A DNA stretch of 64,000 bases from the human T2T-CHM13v2.0 reference genome, Homo sapiens, in NCBI RefSeq assembly GCF_009914755.1, contig NC_060925.1; one strand, given 5' to 3'. Position numbers and translations under genes: made by a program. The first letter of the stretch is position 1. Each line of letters begins with the position of its first letter. Under the pieces are notes generated by a model. It had not been told where the DNA came from and ran no database searches. It saw nothing but the letters and a program-made list of their open reading frames with translations. Of the stretch, positions 31,991 through 64,000 are shown in pieces.

Positions 31991-33163
31991 TGGTATAAAA
32001 GGTGCGATCCCAGTTACCTCACAGGCCTAGGCGAGGAAAATGCCAAGAGCTGTAAAAGGGCTTGGAAAAGTCAAAAAGGTGATGTATAAATGTAATAATT
32101 GATTATCATTTTGTGCTCAAGAATAAGCAATGGAAAAGAAAATAGGAAAGTAAGTCTACAGCCCTAAAATATATGCATATAAAACTTTAAAAGAATGCAG
32201 TTCCAACTCTACAGATGGTATGTGGGGATTGTCTACTGCTTTATAGTCTCAATGCCCCTTTTCTCACCTCCACAAAATCCACCTGGGAGAGTTAACTGTA
32301 CAAGAGGCCCAAATTCAGTCACCCCCACCCCGCCCTCCCAGAAAGGGAGGCAGGGCAGAGGCTTCAGGAGGAAGGGCTGCACTTTGGCGTAGAGTACATA
32401 GGCATGCAACATGGGAGGGCAGGCCTTATGAAATGTATATACAGACCCCTTGGGGTGAGGGGCCCCGGCCAGGAGGCACTGAGCAAGGGAGGGGTCCATC
32501 TCCCGCCTGGCCGGGAGTGGGGCTCTGGGGCAATCTCTAAGGGTTGCATATCCCCAGGGAGAGGGGACAGCTGCCACTCCTGCCTCTGTTATCCCAACCC
32601 AAACCGGAGAGGGTGCTCAGCAAGAACACAGGTCCCAGAAGCCAAGAAGGTGTTGGCATCCCTGTCATTGAATTCAGGGGTCCAAGAACTGTTTGCATAA
32701 AATATCATTAGACCTAAGAGATGGTCAAAGGCACAAAGTTTAAACATGGGGGGGGCGGGTGTTGAGAGGGGTCTGGGATACCCTGAAGCCCAGAGGTGTG
32801 ATTTGTTCCCCCTTGCCCAGAAGGGTGACTGTTCCACTGGGCCTGTCACCACAGGACATTTTCCATGACAAGCACTCACCTTCTTGGGGAAGGGGCATCA
32901 GGTTGGCACAGGAAAGGCCCAGGTGAGGGGCCACTCTGTACATTAATACTTTGGTGATTAATGTTTGGGGAGAGGCAGGATTCTCACCCAGGCTTTTGAC
33001 TCAAACCCTCTCACTCAGCTGGATATGAAACCCAGAGTCCATGCTACTCCCAGCTCTGACACAAGGCCAAGCCCACAGAACACTCCCAAACGAGGTCCCG
33101 AGAGTTAGGGAATAGGGTGGAAAGGATTGGAGGGCATCTTCTGGAAGAGAGCGCTAGGGCAGA

Positions 33164-39887
<6,724 letters not shown>

Positions 39888-41328
39888 AGTTGAGGTGAAA
39901 GAGGGGCTGCTGCCCAGCCTGGCCCCCCTGCCAGTTTGGGCAAGGGGGCCAGGCAGGGGGTATCCCCAGGCCCTTAGCCTGGTTGGACCTCTGTGGCCCA
40001 GGAGTCACAGAAGTCCTGGGGAGGGAGAGGGACAAGTGGCTTCCGCTCCCCAGCTCAGACCCAGACAGTTTCAGGCCCCATCCCCGCCCAACGTGGAGCC
40101 TCTTCTCTGGCTGAGAAGAGAACAGGCTGGACCCAGCGCTTCTGGCTCCTCCCCAGGGGCGGGGAGCTAAGGGGAGAGACCAATCGTGAGGACAGTGCTG
40201 ACTCACAGGCTCAGAGGGGCTGAGCCCCCACCCCGCCCCAACCTCGAACTGGAGCAGGGGGTAGGGCTATCCAAGCCCCTCTCCCCTGCCCTATACAAAC
40301 AACTAGTAATCTGGGGAGAAGTAAAGTGGGGGTGGGAGGGAAGGATGGAAGAGTGGGACGGAAAGGAAGGAGATAGGAGGTCTGGGTCACTCAAAACCGG
40401 ACACACGCAGGCCAAAGGGGGCAGGAAGCCAGGCAGGAGTACAGGGGAATGAGGGAGGAAACAGAGGCAGCTGGGGGTGGAAAAGGGAGGAGATCTCAGA
40501 GCTCAGCATTTCCCTTCCTGTCCTGGTTGGACACTCGAATTCCCCCACCCTCTCTATGCCCGAAAGCTGGCTGGCCCCAGCCCAGGCCACCCCCAACCGC
40601 TACCCCATACAGTAAGCCTGGGCCATTAGCATCCTCTGCTACAGCAGCTGTGGACTGGAGCTAGCGAAGTGGGGATGGGAAGTAAGTGGTCCCAATGGAT
40701 GCAGAGCAGGGCCAAGAGGAAGAGCAAAGCTGGTGAAAAAAGGGGAATAAAGTTCAACCTGGATGATACATCAGGAAGCTACCAGGCAAGAAGGGAACAA
40801 GAGGACATGCTGGTCACGGCTTGTTCTCTACGTATGCCATCTACCACACCAAGACCGATGGCTCATAGCCAAGCACTGTCCTGTCTCCCCTTTCCACAGG
40901 GCTTGTTAACACAGCACACTGTCAAGGGTGAGAATGAGGCAATCAGGTCCCCACTCCCACTCCAAACCACCCCAATTCACATCCCTCCTCTTACAGGGCC
41001 CTAAGCCCCACCAAAGAGCACAGCATCCTTCACACCAGGGAAGGAGCCTGGCTGGAGGAGGTGGAAGAAACAGTTCTCCAAGAGAAGTAGAAACTACAGG
41101 CCAGGAAGGGACAGAGAGATCAGAAGACACATCTGCGTCAATAAGGACAGGAGAAAAATAAGTACAGGAGAAAGGGGTGTCAGGAGAAGATGGGTTGAAG
41201 CTGGACACAGGGAACAGTCCCAAACCCATTCCTGCCACCCACGGCTTCCTGCCACTGCTCTTCCGGAGAATGCCACAGGCAAAGCTGGAAAGTGACCAAA
41301 AAAAAAAAAACAAAGATACGTATTCCTA

Positions 41329-42897
<1,569 letters not shown>

Positions 42898-43608
42898 ATA
42901 GAAAGGAAAACGGAAAACGGCTGCCTTTAATCTCACTCCTTACAGCCAGAGATGGGAACTTTGACTTCCCACCTGGGGGAGCACGAGAGTGCTCGGAAAA
43001 CTGATCCCAAGGCCCAAAAAGAGAAAGGACAGGAAAATATAAGCAGGTGGAGTTTCAGGGATTGACGACAAGGCTTTTCAGCTGATGACCCAGGTCCCAC
43101 AAAGATAAAGCTCCTAAGGGGGCGTGGTCCCCTAAGGACGCGAACTTCAGACTTCTGGGCGGGGAGGCTTTCTGGACAGTCAGACGTGGATTACGGAGGG
43201 GGCGTGGCTTCGGAGGGGCGGAGCTTCAACAAATTCGAATCGTTCTTTGAAGAGCAGGGTTTTGCCCTTTTGGGAGATAGGCCTTTTGACAGGAGTTAGC
43301 CGAGGATCGTTGCTAGGAGGCGGAGTTTCGGAGAATGGAAGGAGTAACGAAGGGTTTCTCGTAGTAGGGCTTGGAACGTGTCGGGGGGTGGGGACTTCCA
43401 GAAAAACTGGGCGACAGGGTGGGGTCGGAGACAAAAAATAAAAATCAAGTCGGGGTTCGGGGGAGCCCCCTGAAGTTGGGAGGTGGGACTTCCGGGGAGA
43501 GGGGTCTCAGGGGCGGGACTTATAAATGAAGACCGGAAGTGGGGTCCCGGGAGAGGGGTTCCGGGGTGAAAGAGTGAGTCACCTAAGGAGAAAAAAGTCA
43601 AGACTCAC

Positions 43609-43720
43609 CAGGGCCTCATGGAGTCTCCGCACCGCACCGCGGGCCGATTTGGTGCCGGATCACGCCACTGCCAGCTTAGGTTACCGCTCCAACTTTCTCC
43701 CCGGGCCCTGCCTCCCTGGA
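43609..43720 (-). other. SHC1: SHC1 p52/p46 first exon (non-coding apart from a uORF; 5' end approximate)
   Basis: Donor CTG|GTGAGT with exon ending at 43609; splices to the acceptor CTCCAG|GAC ATG at 39560 inside the p66 exon. Confidence 0.8.
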
Positions 43721-44060
43721 GAAACTTTATTACACTCACTTCCGGCCTCACTAACCCCTGACCCTCTACCTCAGGGTCCCTCCTTCACGCTTCCCACTTT
43801 CCCGAGTTAGCCAATGGCAGCGCGAGATCGCGCACAAAGGCAGTGGTGGCCAATAAGACGCCTACTTTTGACCCACGCTCGTTCTTGAGAAGCGTGAGAA
43901 CTGCCCTCCAATAAGGATCCGAAGAGAAGTAAATCTAAGCCAATCGGAGGCTTGAAAGTAGAGGTGTCCCGCCTCGAGCCAAACGGACCAATAGGAAGTG
44001 CGGGCGGCGTGTTTGAAAGCGAGGCCAAAGTGGGTGGGAGCGCGTGCTGTTGGGAGTTGC
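43700..44060. promoter_or_regulatory. Bidirectional SHC1/CKS1B CpG-island promoter with five CCAAT boxes and a CDE-CHR element
   Basis: CCAAT at 43811, 43850, 43908, 43940, 43988. GGCGG(44003-44007)-N4-TTTGAA(44012-44017). NRF1-type GCGCATGCG(C/T) just downstream at 44259 and 44314. Confidence 0.85.
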
Positions 44061-44085
44061 TTGGAGGTTGGCGGCGCGGGGCTGA

Positions 44086-51910
<7,825 letters not shown>

Positions 51911-52399
51911 AAAAGTTTAAGATGTACTTTTAGAACAAAGGCAACTGAAATGGGGGTAAGCTCGGATGATGTGAGGATCCAGAGTAAACATGTAAGGCAC
52001 TCCCTATTCGCTGCCTCATTTGCACCTACAAGACCAATTACTGGGAAAGGTCATTTGAACTAAGCACCATCTGGAGCAAGGTGGAGGAAGAGAGGGTTTT
52101 TGGACTCTTTCTTGTCAAAGAGATTTAAGTAATTCGTTTTGTCTACTATACTAGAGATAAATTAAGGTTCCACACATCAAAAGCTCACCTACTCCAGGGT
52201 CTTCATATCCGACAGACAGTGGTAATAATCTTTCTCGGTGTCCCTCCAACTTCCTTCTGCTATAAATAAGATGCTTTCTCACTCCAGTAAAAGCCCTTAG
52301 CCTAGTGTTAGAGTCACGGTGAATGAAAACAGCTTAAACCATGGCTAACTGACCCATTAAACAAAACAAAACAAAGCAACACATGCATAACAATTATTT

Positions 52400-52760
52400 G
52401 AATCCAGCACCAGAAACTCCCCGAGGGCCTTACAGCACCTTTAACTACGGCTCCTTTCCCGCCCTAAACTCCCGAGGTCCCGCCCCCGACCGTGGGCTAA
52501 GGTCCGGCCCCCGTATTTCCGGGCGAGAAGTGACCACGTGGTTGTCGCCTATAACAATCCGGCCCTGCTCCCATCCACTGGCTAAAGCCTGAGAGCGACA
52601 GTTGAATACACCAATGGGACCCTGGAAGAGTCTAAGCGACAGCCAAAATCACCATTCAATGTCAGCTAGGTGCAAGGCGGGACTTTAAGTACGGAAGCTG
52701 CCCCGGGACATGAGGAAAGGAACAAGGGAAAGAGCCGGTGAAGGGGCAGAACAGGCAGGT
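52400..52760 (+). promoter_or_regulatory. FLAD1 promoter / first-exon region
   Basis: CpG-enriched; E-box CACGTG ~52535, GC boxes, CCAAT ~52611, ETS CGGAAG ~52692, donor CAG|GTGAGA after 52758. Confidence 0.7.
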
Positions 52761-53049
52761 GAGAGTCTAAGAGGGCTCAGTAATCTGAAGCTTGGTGGGA
52801 AGAAGGGATTCTGGGCTAGAAAGGGTGCAGAAGCCTGAAGTAGAAAGAGACGGGATTTTGGTCCGGGGTGGAGAGCGAATGCATTGAAAAGGGCCAAGGC
52901 CCAGGATAAGGTAGACATTTAAAGGGGTACGGATGCCCAAGGTAGAGCAGACACTTGAGGAGACCAGCTCAGCAAACGGAAGACACTTAAAGTGGTAGGT
53001 TCTCAAGAGAGAAGAAGTTTTTAAGACTAGAGCTAAGCAAGACATTTAA

Positions 53050-62393
<9,344 letters not shown>

Positions 62394-62810
62394 CCTCCCA
62401 CCCTAGGAGGGAGGGAAGGACACCGTCCTAGGGTATAACCTGGCAATAAACCGTGCCTCTCACTGTGCCTGTTGCTCTAGCTGTGTCTTCCTGCTCCAGA
62501 GGATGGGAGAAGCAGAAGTGGGTCAAATGCTGCCAGCTCTGACTGGCTGTGCTCACTCTAAGGGGCCCAGGGGCAGGGCAGAACAGGCTGGAAAGGAGCT
62601 CTCACTGATGGTTCTCAATGTCAGCCTCAGCAGGAGCCCACCAGAGGGCGAAAGCAGGAGTTGTGCCAACCACTGGGAAAAGGGCAATCAGGCAGGGCAC
62701 CACCTGGGCTGGAAGAGGGGAAGCTGCCTTGGCCTAGCTGTGGAGGATGAAAGATGGAGTGGCCAGGCCCTCCCTCCCACTAACCCCACCCTCCCATCCC
62801 TGTCTAGAGG

Positions 62811-62917
62811 GGCTGACTCAGCCTGTTCCCAGGCCTAGAACCTTCCCTTTGCTAGACCCTGGATCCTTTGTCTCTGTAGTCATGAGGCTGAAGGGGGTGG
62901 GGACAGTGTTGATAAAA
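62811..62917 (+). promoter_or_regulatory. LENEP proximal promoter: MARE-like GGCTGACTCAGCC and TATA-like box
   Basis: GCTGACTCAGC at 62812-62822 matches the core of T-MARE TGCTGACTCAGCA; GATAAAA at 62911-62917. Confidence 0.6.
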
Positions 62918-62963
62918 GGCACTAGAGGCAGCTCCCACACCCTTCCTCGGAACTGTTGCCCAC

Positions 62964-63149
62964 ATGCAGCCCCGGACACAGCCCCTAGCCCAAACCCTAC
63001 CCTTCTTCCTCGGAGGGGCCCCTCGAGACACTGGGCTGCGGGTGCCTGTCATTAAGATGGGCACAGGGTGGGAGGGCTTCCAGCGGACCCTGAAGGAAGT
63101 CGCCTACATCCTCCTCTGCTGCTGGTGTATCAAGGAACTGCTGGATTAA
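62964..63149 (+). CDS. LENEP: Lens epithelial protein (LEP503), 61 aa, single coding exon
   Basis: MQPRTQPLAQTLPFFLGGAPRDTGLRVPVIKMGTGWEGFQRTLKEVAYILLCCWCIKELLD recognised; TATA-like GATAAAA at 62911. Confidence 0.95.
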   Translation: MQPRTQPLAQTLPFFLGGAPRDTGLRVPVIKMGTGWEGFQRTLKEVAYILLCCWCIKELLD

Positions 63150-64000
63150 TGGTAGCAGGGAACTGCCTCCTCTCCCCACCAGCACCATGGCTGGCATCGC
63201 TCAGGTGGGCAGGGTAGAGTAAACAGGAGGCATAGCTGCAGCTTCTGTGGCAGAGCTTGCCTTAGCTTCTCATTCTCTTCTTTAGCCCCCAGCCCAATTG
63301 CCATCAAGACTCCTGAAGCCAGCTGTGCTTGACCAAGGATGGGCCATAAACAATGAGTAAACAGTAAAGTGTGGATCCTGCTTTGAGCTGTGTCATCTAG
63401 CAGACCTGCCTCATCTCTGAGCCTCCTTCATTCCCAACCCCTGCCTCTGGTGGACCTCTGGTGGGCAGGAGCTTGGACTGCTCTGGCTAGGACCCCAGTA
63501 AGATTGTGGCAAGACCTGGCACTCCTCCAAGCTTGGCACAGTGAGCCCACCAGCTCAGATGGTTGATCTTACCATACCCTCATAGTACCAAGAATGGACT
63601 GCCCCCTAAGAAACCTGTTTGAGAATCACTGAATTATAAATATAATCCATAGGCCTTGAGGCCCAAGATTATAAGTGTCTAAAGGGGAATCAGAAAAAGT
63701 CAGCACTAGAACGGTCTGGGAGCAAGGGTGCAGACCAGGGAGGGAAGGAGCTTGTCCTGAATAGAACCAAGATTGAAAGCCAGGTTTTCTGACTCACTGG
63801 TTCCTGAGTGGGGAGGGTGGAAGACAGTTCAGGTTCCTCTCAATCTGTGGGTAAGGAGGGGACCCAGCTTGAGTAGGGTCTTCATCTGTGAGGCCAAGGG
63901 TGTGTGGAAACCCAGAGGACCCAGCCCTTTCCCAAATAGAAGACCTGGTCCAGGCAGCTTCCTGCCTCTGAGGATCTTGGGGAAAGCACTGCGCTGAGGC

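Overview
Human genomic DNA from the gene-dense, Alu-rich 1q21.3 cluster, recognised from the translated exons. In order: the 5' part of PMVK (-, exons 1-2), PBXIP1 (-, complete, 731 aa), PYGO2 (-, complete, 406 aa), SHC1 (-, complete p66/p52/p46, 583/584 aa), CKS1B (+, 79 aa, head-to-head with SHC1, MIR4258 in intron 1), FLAD1 (+, 587 aa) and LENEP (+, 61 aa). I read exon boundaries from GT/AG sites, and the spliced lengths give intact frames. The main unexplained structure is a near-identical ~0.5 kb copy of the last-but-one PBXIP1 intron (16282-16774) pasted with 3-4 nt microhomologies into the middle of an Alu 2.5 kb away (18787-19291), bracketing four coding exons. Other leads: a possible unannotated + strand exon chain between PMVK and PBXIP1, uORFs overlapping the short-isoform starts of SHC1 and FLAD1, a CCPG1-like architecture in PBXIP1, and a Maf-type element at LENEP. 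No prokaryote-type systems are present, and I found no convincing wholly new biological system.
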